In this document: one piece after another, positions 1 through 9,101 of the stretch | Numbering within the stretch: the stretch's first letter is position 1 | Layout of the letters: each line of letters begins with the position of its first letter | Program-made: the position numbers and the translations under genes | IMG/VR virus record: IMGVR_UViG_3300025158_000002 | Coordinates: 1-48,018 of that record | Strand: one strand, 5' to 3' | From: a virus | Lineage: Duplodnaviria > Caudoviricetes | DNA length: 48,018 nt | Notes under the pieces: generated by a model | What the model was told of the DNA's origin: nothing | What the model saw: the letters and a program-made list of their open reading frames with translations, nothing else | Databases searched by the model: none

Positions 1-127
1 CAAAGTCGGTCATACACTGCTCGTAGCCGTTTATATAGGCTTTTTTTATAAACCTCTGTTTTTCCAGTCTCGTATCCGTGCTGATACATACCTTCTCCGA
101 GTTCATATCCGTAAGTTCTTACAAGAT
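1..127. repeat. Terminal direct repeat, copy 1 (127 bp, identical to 47892-48018); probable circular-assembly overlap
   Basis: caaagtcggtcatacac...ttcttacaagat is identical at both ends. 127 is a common de Bruijn k-mer size, and the repeat lies in coding sequence. Confidence 0.95.
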
Positions 128-143
128 CTTTTAATTGAATCTT

Positions 144-530
144 TCATTTTTTCAACTTTCTTGATGTCAATACAATCAATCTTGAGTACATTATTATCAT
201 ATCGAATGCTTCCATGAAATTTGATTTTACCTGTTTGAAGTTTAGTACAAAGTAAGACCAGCGAAGATCTTCTTTGAGAATTGATATAGCTTCTTCAATC
301 TTAGCTGCAGCCAGATTTATCTCTCTTAGAGAATCTTCTGACGGAGATTCCTCTATAAGAGCAACCAGATCTCGGCTGCTCTTATGTAAATTATACCTTC
401 CGTCTTTTTTATAAAAATGCCCTTCTGATGAAAGCATACAGTATGCGTTTTTAGCTTCATCATTTTCGTGTACTATGTGTACAACAAATCCACAAGCATC
501 GTAATATTTAGAACCAGCGGAGATTTCCAT
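144..530 (-). CDS. Hypothetical phage protein (Y..DGR...S..DLV motif)
   Basis: Listed ORF is 144..638, but the likely start is the ATG at 530 (MEISAG), which overlaps the stop of the upstream ORF. Confidence 0.65.
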   Translation of the reverse strand: MEISAGSKYYDACGFVVHIVHENDEAKNAYCMLSSEGHFYKKDGRYNLHKSSRDLVALIEESPSEDSLREINLAAAKIEEAISILKEDLRWSYFVLNFKQVKSNFMEAFDMIIMYSRLIVLTSRKLKK

Positions 531-721
531 CAGTGCGTGCTCCAGATTATTATTAATATTATTGCAGAAAAGATTATCAATCCTGCATAGTTTTTGTAAA
601 TAAATTGTCCAAAGGAGAGGGTTTTCCCGTCTCTCCATATTTTAAAAGAAAACATTGTTAAGAGTACAACAATTATACTCCATGATGCAAGTATTTTTGT
701 CATTACTATCATAATATCCAC
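530..721 (-). CDS. Small membrane protein, two hydrophobic helices
   Basis: 63 aa with two strongly hydrophobic segments; packed between its neighbours. Confidence 0.6.
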   Translation of the reverse strand: MDIMIVMTKILASWSIIVVLLTMFSFKIWRDGKTLSFGQFIYKNYAGLIIFSAIILIIIWSTH

Positions 722-1002
722 TCCACTAGAGATCGAATGCTCTCCTCTGTAATTATAGCAAAGCCATCTTTCTTTAACTCTTCAGAAGAGAAATAGTATT
801 TCCCTTTCTTCATATAAAGAGTTATTTTGCCCTTCTCTGACACTAACTGTGCCATAGATTGTCTCGGGAATGACAAAGTGATGCTTGGGTAATCAGAAAC
901 TATACTTTTCAGTATAGCTTCTTTGTTTTTAAAATCTGCACGTCTGCTGAAATCACGCCCAGCTGACAAGATTGAGAGGTCTATTGTTTTTGAATATTCC
1001 AT
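709..1002 (-). CDS. Hypothetical protein
   Basis: 97 aa ORF translationally coupled to its neighbours. Confidence 0.65.
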   Translation of the reverse strand: MEYSKTIDLSILSAGRDFSRRADFKNKEAILKSIVSDYPSITLSFPRQSMAQLVSEKGKITLYMKKGKYYFSSEELKKDGFAIITEESIRSLVEWIL

Positions 1003-1685
1003 TATATTTTTCCGTTATAGTTTTCTATTTCTGTTGCAAGTTTTTTTAAGAAAGCCTCAAAGCCTTCTTTGCCCAATTCCTGATAGGCTCTTCTTATCAT
1101 TCTGTGGAATGGCTCATGAGAATTTAACAGTCTCTCTGCGATAGTATTATACCTAGTCTTGTTTGACTCGTGCATATAGTCAAATATGCGGTCGGAAGTG
1201 TACGAGAATAACAGTACACTTATTGCAGATATGTTTTTTGATAGTTCGATATCCCTATGCGAGTATAAGACAACTCCTATATCTTTTAGGCTTCTTGATA
1301 TGGCGACACATAATATGCTAGATAGTTGAATGTAATTGAATCCATATTCTGTTAAGTCGTAATCTCTGATGCAGTCTTTTAGTGTAGACTGAAGAGACGG
1401 GGACAAAGCCTTCATGTAATAATTAATCGGCATATTGTCTTCTTTAGGATTTAATTTTCTTACATTGTGCAGACCACCGCCTAAGTCGTAATCTGCAGTC
1501 CAGCCTATCTCCTTAAGATAGTAGATAGCGGCTTGACACTCTTCGAAAGTGTCATCTAGCATACAGTCAAGTATTAACTTAACTTTTTTTGGGAATCTGC
1601 TATATTCTGACGGGTCTTTTCTTTTTGATATGAAGTCTAATTTCATTTCTGTAATAGCTTCTTTTGAAAATAATTTTTTTTCCAT
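1002..1685 (-). CDS. Hypothetical protein
   Basis: 227 aa ORF in a tightly packed leftward operon. Confidence 0.7.
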   Translation of the reverse strand: MEKKLFSKEAITEMKLDFISKRKDPSEYSRFPKKVKLILDCMLDDTFEECQAAIYYLKEIGWTADYDLGGGLHNVRKLNPKEDNMPINYYMKALSPSLQSTLKDCIRDYDLTEYGFNYIQLSSILCVAISRSLKDIGVVLYSHRDIELSKNISAISVLLFSYTSDRIFDYMHESNKTRYNTIAERLLNSHEPFHRMIRRAYQELGKEGFEAFLKKLATEIENYNGKI

Positions 1686-1695
1686 AATGTGAAGT

Positions 1696-2208
1696 TTATT
1701 TAGATGTTACCGAGTTTATTTTATAGATTTGCTTGAAGTCAATTATATATACATATCTCAGGAGGCTATCCTGATTCATGTATAATAAAGCTCCGCCCTT
1801 TGCGATAGGCTTGCCTTCTTCTAATATTTTATTAGACATATGAAGAAGACCATTTCCATTTCCGATTGGCTCAACTTCCTTAACAAAAGCTAAGTGCTCA
1901 GAAACAAGAGATATAAATACCTCTTGTTCTTTTAAGCTAGATGTATGTCCTGAAGCGAACATACAGTAAGTCATTGCAGCTTCTAGCGTCTTAGCCGACC
2001 ACAAGATATAAGCCTCGTGTGTGTCGATGCCTTCTCTCATTTCAGAGATTCTGACACAGTCGAAGCTTTCGGTTTTCTCGTCATGTATTACGACAAAGAT
2101 AGCTTGTTTGCTGATGTCGTAATTGGAGATAGAGAACTTTTTTAAGCCGTATATGATAGGAGGATATACGGTTCTTATTGCAGATTTTTTTAACTCAGAC
2201 TTGTTCAT
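1696..2208 (-). CDS. Hypothetical protein
   Basis: 170 aa ORF with ATGA overlap to the upstream gene. Confidence 0.7.
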   Translation of the reverse strand: MNKSELKKSAIRTVYPPIIYGLKKFSISNYDISKQAIFVVIHDEKTESFDCVRISEMREGIDTHEAYILWSAKTLEAAMTYCMFASGHTSSLKEQEVFISLVSEHLAFVKEVEPIGNGNGLLHMSNKILEEGKPIAKGGALLYMNQDSLLRYVYIIDFKQIYKINSVTSK

Positions 2209-2567
2209 GACAAATACTCCTTCATGTATTTCTGTGCTTTTACAAGGGTCGTTTCGGTAGTCTCAAGTTGTAGATGGGGATTGCTATCTACATAAGAGTC
2301 TACTTCAGCACAAGAGTCGAATTTTACTATCTTGTATCTATTGACGCTAGCCCGAGTGTTTTCAATAATTGCAAAGCAGGGCTTAGGCTTTTTATCTTTT
2401 TTGCCAATATTGACAAAAGATAAATCTGCAAGGTCATTATAGTCTAATACAAGAACACTATTGTTGTACATATCCTGAACGCTTGATAAAGCCGCATCTT
2501 CAGATTCAGCTTTTATTTTTACTACTTTTGCTAATAGCTCCCTTACTTCTATTGTATATGTTTTCAT
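2205..2567 (-). CDS. DpnD/PcfM-like domain protein
   Basis: The N-terminus MKTYTIEVRELLAKVVKIKAESEDAALSSVQDMYNNSVLVLDYNDL matches the DpnD/PcfM family pattern. Confidence 0.65.
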   Translation of the reverse strand: MKTYTIEVRELLAKVVKIKAESEDAALSSVQDMYNNSVLVLDYNDLADLSFVNIGKKDKKPKPCFAIIENTRASVNRYKIVKFDSCAEVDSYVDSNPHLQLETTETTLVKAQKYMKEYLS

Positions 2568-2628
2568 ATGCAGTTCTCCTCTAAGATAGCAGCTTTGCTT
2601 TTTAATGTCTTGTTTGTGCAGATGATTG

Positions 2629-2784
2629 TCATTTTATCACCTCCCTGAAGTTTTTTGCTATAATAGCAGCTCCTATTAATAGCAATATGATAGGTATTAA
2701 AAGCTCGATAGAAGGCGCTTTTAATGTTAAATAAGAAGTTATAGCCAATGAAATGGCAAAAGAAGGTATTACTAGGTTTTTCAT
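2629..2784 (-). CDS. Small two-TM membrane protein (51 aa, not in ORF track)
   Basis: Manual translation MKNLVIPSFAISLAITSYLTLKAPSIELLIPIILLLIGAAIIAKNFREVIK; it fills the gap between two genes. Confidence 0.6.
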   Translation of the reverse strand: MKNLVIPSFAISLAITSYLTLKAPSIELLIPIILLLIGAAIIAKNFREVIK

Positions 2785-2791
2785 GTTATTT

Positions 2792-3685
2792 TTAAGATTT
2801 AAGGTTGAAGATTTTTACATCTAGTCCAAAAGAAGACCCATTGCGGCTACGACATCCTTCATGTATCATACCAACATGAGTAGCCCAAGTTGGTATGCTA
2901 TATCTGAAGATTGATTCGCCATTCAGGCTAATCGGTCTTGGACTATGAGCATAATTGCTTCCGTGAGACTGCTCTTTGTCTCCTATGCACATTTCAGAGC
3001 GACCTCTAAGATTGCTCCAATAAAATGTCTTACTCTCGTGGTAAGACACAGCGCATCCAGTCCAAGTTGAATACACTGGGATAAAAGAATCTTTGTCAGA
3101 CTCTTCTATCTCTTTAAATTTCATATCAGGAGACCAGTGACCCCAGCTTACATCCAAGCCTGTCATAGCCTGAAATTTTGCTCTTTTACGAGCTTTTGAT
3201 TCCTCCTGAAGATGAGGAACATCGACAAATGACAATACGGAAGGCTGCTGACCTCTTCCGCATCTCTTTAAGAATCTTTCGATTATCCAAATATTATCTT
3301 GAATAAACATAGTCAATGACTCTGCTATGTATTCTAATTTTAATCCATAGAGACGAAGATTTATATCGTCTTCGTTTTGACCATGACCCCAATTTATTGA
3401 CAAGATGGCGTTTCCGCCTATCTGAAAATCTCCCCTTCCAGTTGCGCGTCCCGAGTGTATCGTATAAGACACTGGAGACACTTCCCACCGTTTGTTTTTG
3501 TACTGAAGAGATATTGCAATACCCCCCGTTCTTGACATTGCTGAACTGCCAACAAGTTTTGGCATTTCAGAATACTCAAATTCAGAAACTTCTATGCTTT
3601 TTATAAAGTCTACGCTTTCGGAGATTTTGATATTTATTTTAAGATACTTCATGCTTGACAGGCTTCTGTTTTGGATTTCCTGCAT
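2792..3685 (-). CDS. Hypothetical protein (start may be 3652, MKYLKI)
   Basis: 297 aa ORF; first gene after a 500-bp regulatory gap. Confidence 0.7.
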   Translation of the reverse strand: MQEIQNRSLSSMKYLKINIKISESVDFIKSIEVSEFEYSEMPKLVGSSAMSRTGGIAISLQYKNKRWEVSPVSYTIHSGRATGRGDFQIGGNAILSINWGHGQNEDDINLRLYGLKLEYIAESLTMFIQDNIWIIERFLKRCGRGQQPSVLSFVDVPHLQEESKARKRAKFQAMTGLDVSWGHWSPDMKFKEIEESDKDSFIPVYSTWTGCAVSYHESKTFYWSNLRGRSEMCIGDKEQSHGSNYAHSPRPISLNGESIFRYSIPTWATHVGMIHEGCRSRNGSSFGLDVKIFNLKS

Positions 3686-3886
3686 CCTTTATTATTTGAA
3701 GATTTATTTTTCCGCTTAGAAGATTTGCTGACAGTCTGTCAACTCCTTAAAAACGTTTGGCTATTATATGCTATTTAGGATTAAAAGTCAAATTTATTTT
3801 TGCCCTATATATATATATAAGGTATAAAATGATATTTGAGGAACTATATATATATATAAAGCGCTTAAATAGATTCGTCAATAAGC

Positions 3887-3969
3887 CAAATTTGCCATTT
3901 AACAGACTTAAACCCAAAAGCAATGCAAATATATAGCTATTTATTTCTAAGCGCTTAAAATCGAAATTT
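3887..3969 (+). repeat. Dispersed ~85-bp intergenic element, copy A
   Basis: CAAATTTGCCATTTAACAGACTTAA...TAAGCGCTTAAAATCGAAATTT; related copies at 7845, 15578 (reverse), 19673 and 40572 (partial). Confidence 0.8.
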
Positions 3970-3976
3970 GATGACT

Positions 3977-4115
3977 GAAGATTTATAAATATTTTAATTC
4001 AGAAGATCTGGCACAGATAAACAGAAGATGCTTTATAATTTAATGAAGATTTCTGTACATATAAAAGAAGTCCAGATCATATAAACAAGAAGAGCCACAG
4101 ACTTTATACGAAGAT
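3977..4115 (+). repeat. Phased GAAG(AT) array, 21-22 bp period
   Basis: GAAG starts at 3977, 4002, 4024, 4045, 4067, 4089 and 4110. Confidence 0.65.
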
Positions 4116-4187
4116 CATTCGCTTAAATCTGCAGCTCTAAATTTTTTCAGGGTTTTCGGTGTCGCTCGAGCCCCCCAAAAAAAATTG

Positions 4188-4838
4188 TTAAAAAGGAATC
4201 TTGTCCTCTCTTAATACCTTGCTGATAAAATCGGCAGACTCCATGTACTTTACATCTGTTTTTTTACAAGGCATTACAACTACGAATCTATCAGTAGCAT
4301 CTTGACATAATAACAAGTTCGGATTTTCAGGACAAGAATAGTGCATGACTTCCTTGTGAACCTTGTCAAAGCATAGCACTTTAGAAGCTATGTAAAAAGT
4401 TTCTGCATTAAAAAAAGAAGTCATAATACCTTCTGAAAAGATTTTATCCGAATCGAATATAGTCTTATCTTCTTTTATCAGAAGGCTTCTTGATCCAGCC
4501 CATAATTTAACCTCGTTTTTGAGATAGGAAACATACTCTTCTCTCCCGTCTGAGTATAAAATATACATATTGCCTTCTTGAAGTATAACTCTCTTTGCTT
4601 TTCTAAACTTAGTCCAAGCTTCTCTTGGTATCACCTTGTCGCCAGCACACTCTACTTCTATATTTAGAGACCTTGCGTCAAAGCAGGCAAATACTCTTCC
4701 ATCTGTGGCTATAAAGCACTTTCTTCCTCTATACTCTTGATACTTTACTCCAATTGTAGGATAAGCAAAGCAAGATTTACTATCATTGCATATAGCGTCT
4801 AATGCTGGAAGTTTTAGTTTTTTAGGAATCTTGCTCAT
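4188..4838 (-). CDS. Sliding-clamp (DNA Pol III beta)-like protein, partial fold
   Basis: FIATDGRVF resembles the clamp motif xATDGHRL, and the late VVVMP resembles the clamp C-terminal strand. GGAGG SD precedes the ATG at 4838. Confidence 0.5.
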   Translation of the reverse strand: MSKIPKKLKLPALDAICNDSKSCFAYPTIGVKYQEYRGRKCFIATDGRVFACFDARSLNIEVECAGDKVIPREAWTKFRKAKRVILQEGNMYILYSDGREEYVSYLKNEVKLWAGSRSLLIKEDKTIFDSDKIFSEGIMTSFFNAETFYIASKVLCFDKVHKEVMHYSCPENPNLLLCQDATDRFVVVMPCKKTDVKYMESADFISKVLREDKIPF

Positions 4839-5772
4839 TTTCGCCTCCAAAATATTCTTCTATTTTATCTAAAAGCCTATTAACCATAGGAGATGTGATA
4901 GTTTTTTCTCCTGAATTAATAATTTTTTTAACAAGAGTAGAGAAGTATGCAACATCAACTCCTATTAATTGATCTTCAAGAACATCTATCTTAGACAAGT
5001 CTAATTCAGATATTTGCATAGCCATCTTTAAAATATCTCCTGCCGATATTGTAAAGTTTCTCTTGATAAACTTTTTCATTCTTATTACAGAAGTAATAGG
5101 GTATAAACTTCCTTTATACTTTAGTCTTTTTGTCAAGATAGATTCCAATGCTTCTATATTTAGAACAAGACCATCTTTAATAGTCCAATAGTTAGTAGCA
5201 TGAACGAAGTCGAATGTTTCGTGAATCTGTTCTGGAGTTCCATGAAATCTTACTACTATCTGAAGTTTATCAGATAGGCTTATAGCGTTAGGAGAGAAGA
5301 ACATTGGCGAATAAGGAGAGACCTCTTTGTCTTTGTAATCAACTTTGGCTCCATTGCTTACTCCGATTATTTTAATTCTATTCTTGTCAACAAGTAAAAC
5401 TTCTCTTATTTGCAAATTACCAGAATAGTCTTCGTCAGACTCTCCATTTTCCATTAACTCTGCAAAAGATTTATCTTTTTGAGATAAATAGTTAAACCTG
5501 TCTTCAAATGAAACTACATGAACTTTGTTTATAGAAGGGTCTGTTTTACAAGCTTTCTGTATATAGTAAAAACAAAGTCTTTTCAATACAGCTTTATCTT
5601 GTATGTAAACATCATAGTCATTTACATCAAGACCTTGAAACATTGATGCAATGCAGCCTCCTGATACGACTATATTGTTCATAACATCTTCTGCGAGAAC
5701 GACATCTTCTATTGTTGCAGTCCATTCTTTCATTTTAGAATAAACTGCTCTTTTTATTGTCTTAACTTGCAT
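4822..5772 (-). CDS. Pol-beta superfamily nucleotidyltransferase-like protein
   Basis: SGGCIAS...DVNDYDVY (GG..S plus DxD) and a later FDFVH, like the CCA-adding/poly(A) polymerase head domain. Confidence 0.6.
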   Translation of the reverse strand: MQVKTIKRAVYSKMKEWTATIEDVVLAEDVMNNIVVSGGCIASMFQGLDVNDYDVYIQDKAVLKRLCFYYIQKACKTDPSINKVHVVSFEDRFNYLSQKDKSFAELMENGESDEDYSGNLQIREVLLVDKNRIKIIGVSNGAKVDYKDKEVSPYSPMFFSPNAISLSDKLQIVVRFHGTPEQIHETFDFVHATNYWTIKDGLVLNIEALESILTKRLKYKGSLYPITSVIRMKKFIKRNFTISAGDILKMAMQISELDLSKIDVLEDQLIGVDVAYFSTLVKKIINSGEKTITSPMVNRLLDKIEEYFGGENEQDS

Positions 5773-6749
5773 TATGATTCTTTCATTTTGGAGATTTCTA
5801 ATTTAGCCCACCTTTTAAAACCTGCGAACTTTGCTAACACTGTCTGCTTTTCTGGACACTCTAAGTCTAAGAAAGGAGCTCCAAAGTTTTCTACCCAAGA
5901 AAGCATTTGCTCTTTATTTGAAGTTGAACTCTTTTTTGATTCTACAAAAGGAGATGCCGACCATATCCTTGAAAATTTAGCGCCATTGCTTTTATCTTGC
6001 ATCTCAGTAAAAAAGTCATCATCAGAGTGCATTTGAACATTAGGAGACTCTTTCACAATAATAGAATCTTCGTTTCTTTTTATTTCATACTTTTCAGCAA
6101 TAGCAAGTCTTCTTTCTTCTTCTCTTGCAGCTTCGGCAATTTCTTCTTCTTGAAGCTGTTGCCTTTTGTACTTCAAGCCACCCAAAAAAACATCAAACAT
6201 ATCATCTTCCATGTCTCTGTAAGTCATAGAAGAAACGCTATCGAATCCGTTTTCAAGGAGAATATTAAGGCGCTTCTCTGTTCTAATTTTTTTTTGCTCC
6301 AAGTTGTATTTCTCTACATACTGCGATTTATCATAAGCCTTAGTCTCAATTTCCTTGAAAAGAATCTCAGCTATTTGGCTTGTTTTGAGCAATAGCTTAT
6401 CTTCTGTATCGTACTCAACTTTAATAGCATGAACTTCAGCTCTGGCATCTTTGAATACTCGCATAGAAGATAGTCTTGCTCTTCTCGTGTTTTTATAGGC
6501 GATCTCTGCCAACTCGATAGACTTAGTATCTTCGATAGATTCGATATTAATCTCCTCAACCTGGAGACTCCACGACTCTGCAATTTGAAATATTTCAGAA
6601 ATCGCAGATAGCACTTTTGACTTTCTTGCAGGAGCCATCTTTTTAGCGAGTGGCAATACTTCTAATGGAATATTCTTTTCGTATGATACTATTGATAAAG
6701 CTTCGTTTTTTGGGCCTTCGCTATAAAAAGCTAATTCTTGAGTTTCCAT
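5772..6749 (-). CDS. Coiled-coil hypothetical protein
   Basis: 325 aa, E/K/R/A-rich and helical. Confidence 0.7.
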   Translation of the reverse strand: METQELAFYSEGPKNEALSIVSYEKNIPLEVLPLAKKMAPARKSKVLSAISEIFQIAESWSLQVEEINIESIEDTKSIELAEIAYKNTRRARLSSMRVFKDARAEVHAIKVEYDTEDKLLLKTSQIAEILFKEIETKAYDKSQYVEKYNLEQKKIRTEKRLNILLENGFDSVSSMTYRDMEDDMFDVFLGGLKYKRQQLQEEEIAEAAREEERRLAIAEKYEIKRNEDSIIVKESPNVQMHSDDDFFTEMQDKSNGAKFSRIWSASPFVESKKSSTSNKEQMLSWVENFGAPFLDLECPEKQTVLAKFAGFKRWAKLEISKMKES

Positions 6750-7100
6750 TTAAAATTGTCCTAATTTAATAATTTGTTTTATTTTTTCTGAGATGTCTGA
6801 CCATCTGAGTTTTGAAGCTATTATAAGAGAAGCTCCATAATCATTGTTTGCTACATATACGAATCTTGCCCCCTGAAAAGAAGACTCTTCTTTCAATATT
6901 GCAGAATAATCATTAAAGTCAACATACCCTCTTGCGAGGTCTGACTCTCTTTTTAGCGTAGTAAGAAAGGCGACAATCGCATCACTTGTAAGAAGAACAA
7001 ATTCTTCAGACGCAAGCTTCCCGAACCACATTCCTCCGTAAACTTTATCATTATATCCTTTTGCGTTTACTTCTTGAATGGCTTTTTTCATGTCTGACAT
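6750..7100 (-). CDS. Hypothetical protein
   Basis: 116 aa ORF abutting both neighbours. Confidence 0.65.
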   Translation of the reverse strand: MSDMKKAIQEVNAKGYNDKVYGGMWFGKLASEEFVLLTSDAIVAFLTTLKRESDLARGYVDFNDYSAILKEESSFQGARFVYVANNDYGASLIIASKLRWSDISEKIKQIIKLGQF

Positions 7101-7819
7101 TAAAAAATCCCTTCTTCTTCATCGTCACCGTCATAATCTCCGTCTATCATATCGTCATCTTGGGAAGGATTATCTCCGAAAGCTATTCCAAACAAAGGAA
7201 AGCTATCTCCTTGTTCTTGTCTGTTTTTTTGAGATAGAAACAAGTTTCTAAAAGCTGTCTTTGTTCTATCTGCGTTTTCTTCGCTAAATCCCATGCACAT
7301 AATCTCGTCAATGGCATTAAATCCGTATGTAGATATATACCCTTGCTGATGAAGATCTTCAGCCATGTTCATAATCTTCTTGTCAGAAGGGAACACTATA
7401 TTTGATACAAGTCTGTTACCCTCGATGTCGCACATAAACTTGTCTATTTTTTTTATCTTGTCAGAATACAATACTTCTTCGCTTATGCCATATCGCTGGC
7501 AGACCGTCTGCATTATCTTTCTCTCGATCTCGTAAAGACCTAGAAACATCTTCTTTATAGGAGCTATTATATCGCCAGTAAAAGATTCTGCGAAGTCATG
7601 AATCATAAAAGCCAAGACCTCTTCAGCGGTAGAAGACTCGTGCATTATCATAGCGCCAAGAAGACTGTGCTTTAGCACACTATAATGTATCCTTGTTCTG
7701 CCGTTAAAGCGGCATTGCTTTTGAAGACTGTTCATTATGTCTCCGAACTTTATGTCATCAACATCTAAGTTCAAGATATTTACTAGGCTATCTTGTGTGC
7801 CTATTAGGATTTGTTCCAT
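7100..7819 (-). CDS. HD-superfamily phosphohydrolase (YfbR/YfdR-like 5'-deoxynucleotidase)
   Basis: RFNG...YSVLKHS...HDFAESFTGDIIAPIK...KKID matches the YfbR/YfdR HD signature. Confidence 0.85.
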   Translation of the reverse strand: MEQILIGTQDSLVNILNLDVDDIKFGDIMNSLQKQCRFNGRTRIHYSVLKHSLLGAMIMHESSTAEEVLAFMIHDFAESFTGDIIAPIKKMFLGLYEIERKIMQTVCQRYGISEEVLYSDKIKKIDKFMCDIEGNRLVSNIVFPSDKKIMNMAEDLHQQGYISTYGFNAIDEIMCMGFSEENADRTKTAFRNLFLSQKNRQEQGDSFPLFGIAFGDNPSQDDDMIDGDYDGDDEEEGIF

Positions 7820-7844
7820 TGTGTGAAGGTTTTAATTAAGGTTA

Positions 7845-7937
7845 AAATTTGTCATTTGACAGACTTAATATATATAATCTTAGTATAATATCAAATAAAT
7901 ATATATATAGTCTTAAAATTAAAATTTAAGCGCTTAA
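7845..7937 (+). repeat. Dispersed ~85-bp intergenic element, copy D (in divergent promoter region)
   Basis: AAATTTGTCATTTGACAGACTTAA...CTTAAAATTAAAATTTAAGCGCTTAA. Confidence 0.7.
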
Positions 7938-7986
7938 TACTGTATATATATATATAGTTCAATAGCATTAAATTCTATTTTGTTTT

Positions 7987-8016
7987 ATACTAAAATTAGC
8001 ATAAATTAAGATTAAT
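7987..8016. promoter_or_regulatory. Candidate operator in the early divergent promoter
   Basis: ATACTAAAATTAGCAT is a near-palindrome. AGCATAAATTAAGATTAAT (7998-8016) is identical to 37939-37957. Confidence 0.5.
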
Positions 8017-8069
8017 AAAATTGACTGAAAAAATCAGTCTTAACAATAAATCTTCAATAATTACACATT

Positions 8070-9101
8070 ATGAGTAACTTTAAAATCTTCAAGGAAAATA
8101 ACCTTTGGCTTCAGCACGTTGACAAAATAGTTCCTAACTCTCCTTTCGAGGAATATGCAAATACGCAAGCTTACAACTTCTCATCACTAAGCAAGATTAA
8201 AAAGAATAGCTTTAAGCATTTCTTGCATGAAATGAAATTTCAGAAGCCTTCTGAGACAAGAGATATGCAGTTCGGAAGGGTATTGCATGAATTTGTTTTC
8301 GAGGAATCTTCATTCTATGGCAAATACTATTGTCCGCAAAATGTAGAAGAAACTCTTGCTGACTTTGGTGATATTGACTTCGATGAAAAAGAAATGAAAG
8401 ACCTTCAGGAAAAAGGAGTTTCGTATTTTACAAACGGAGCAACAAAGGTAGGAAAAAAGTTCAAAGCATACTGCGAAGCTAAAAAAATAGGTATTATATC
8501 AGACCAAGATTTTACACTTGCAAAAAGAATAAAGTCTTCGATTATTGGAAATCCTATACTGAGAAAGATAATGGAAGACAAAGATGGTCACTCAGAAATA
8601 AGCCTCTTCTGGACAGACAAGGAATTTGGGCTTCCTATGAAAGGAAGAATTGACAGATTAACTCCTAACCTTGAAAATGACTTAAAGTCATGCGTATCTG
8701 CGCATCCAGCTTCGGTTCTCCATAGTGTTAAGAAATATCTTTACCATATGCAACGAGCGCTTTACATAGATGGTCTTGCCTATCATGGCATAGAGGTCAA
8801 AGCTTCTTTAATGTGGTTTGCTGAGAAAAATAGTCTTGCTTACGTTCAACCTTATCGAGTTAAAGTTGACTCTGATGAAATGAGACTTGGAAGAAAAATG
8901 TATAAAGATGCGTTAAGGCAAGTTGCAGATTATATTGATTCAGGCAAGGCTATTGGATACAAAGACTGGAACGAAGAAAACAAATTCGGAGAATACTTAA
9001 TTGACTTAAATATTCCGTATGCAGCAAATGAGCTTGCAAAAGGAGGTAATATGCTTGACATAGTGTCAGACGAAGATGAAGATGAAAGCGATGGAGAATA
9101 A
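8070..9101 (+). CDS. RecE/exonuclease VIII-like PD-(D/E)XK nuclease (DUF3799-like)
   Basis: FSSLS, MQFGRVLHE, EISLFWTD...KGRIDR...DLKS, YHMQRALY. Confidence 0.85.
   Translation: MSNFKIFKENNLWLQHVDKIVPNSPFEEYANTQAYNFSSLSKIKKNSFKHFLHEMKFQKPSETRDMQFGRVLHEFVFEESSFYGKYYCPQNVEETLADFGDIDFDEKEMKDLQEKGVSYFTNGATKVGKKFKAYCEAKKIGIISDQDFTLAKRIKSSIIGNPILRKIMEDKDGHSEISLFWTDKEFGLPMKGRIDRLTPNLENDLKSCVSAHPASVLHSVKKYLYHMQRALYIDGLAYHGIEVKASLMWFAEKNSLAYVQPYRVKVDSDEMRLGRKMYKDALRQVADYIDSGKAIGYKDWNEENKFGEYLIDLNIPYAANELAKGGNMLDIVSDEDEDESDGE

Noticed and set aside
1-127. 127-bp terminal repeat as the biological DTR
   Set aside because: The length matches a common assembly k-mer and it lies in coding sequence; it indicates circularity only.
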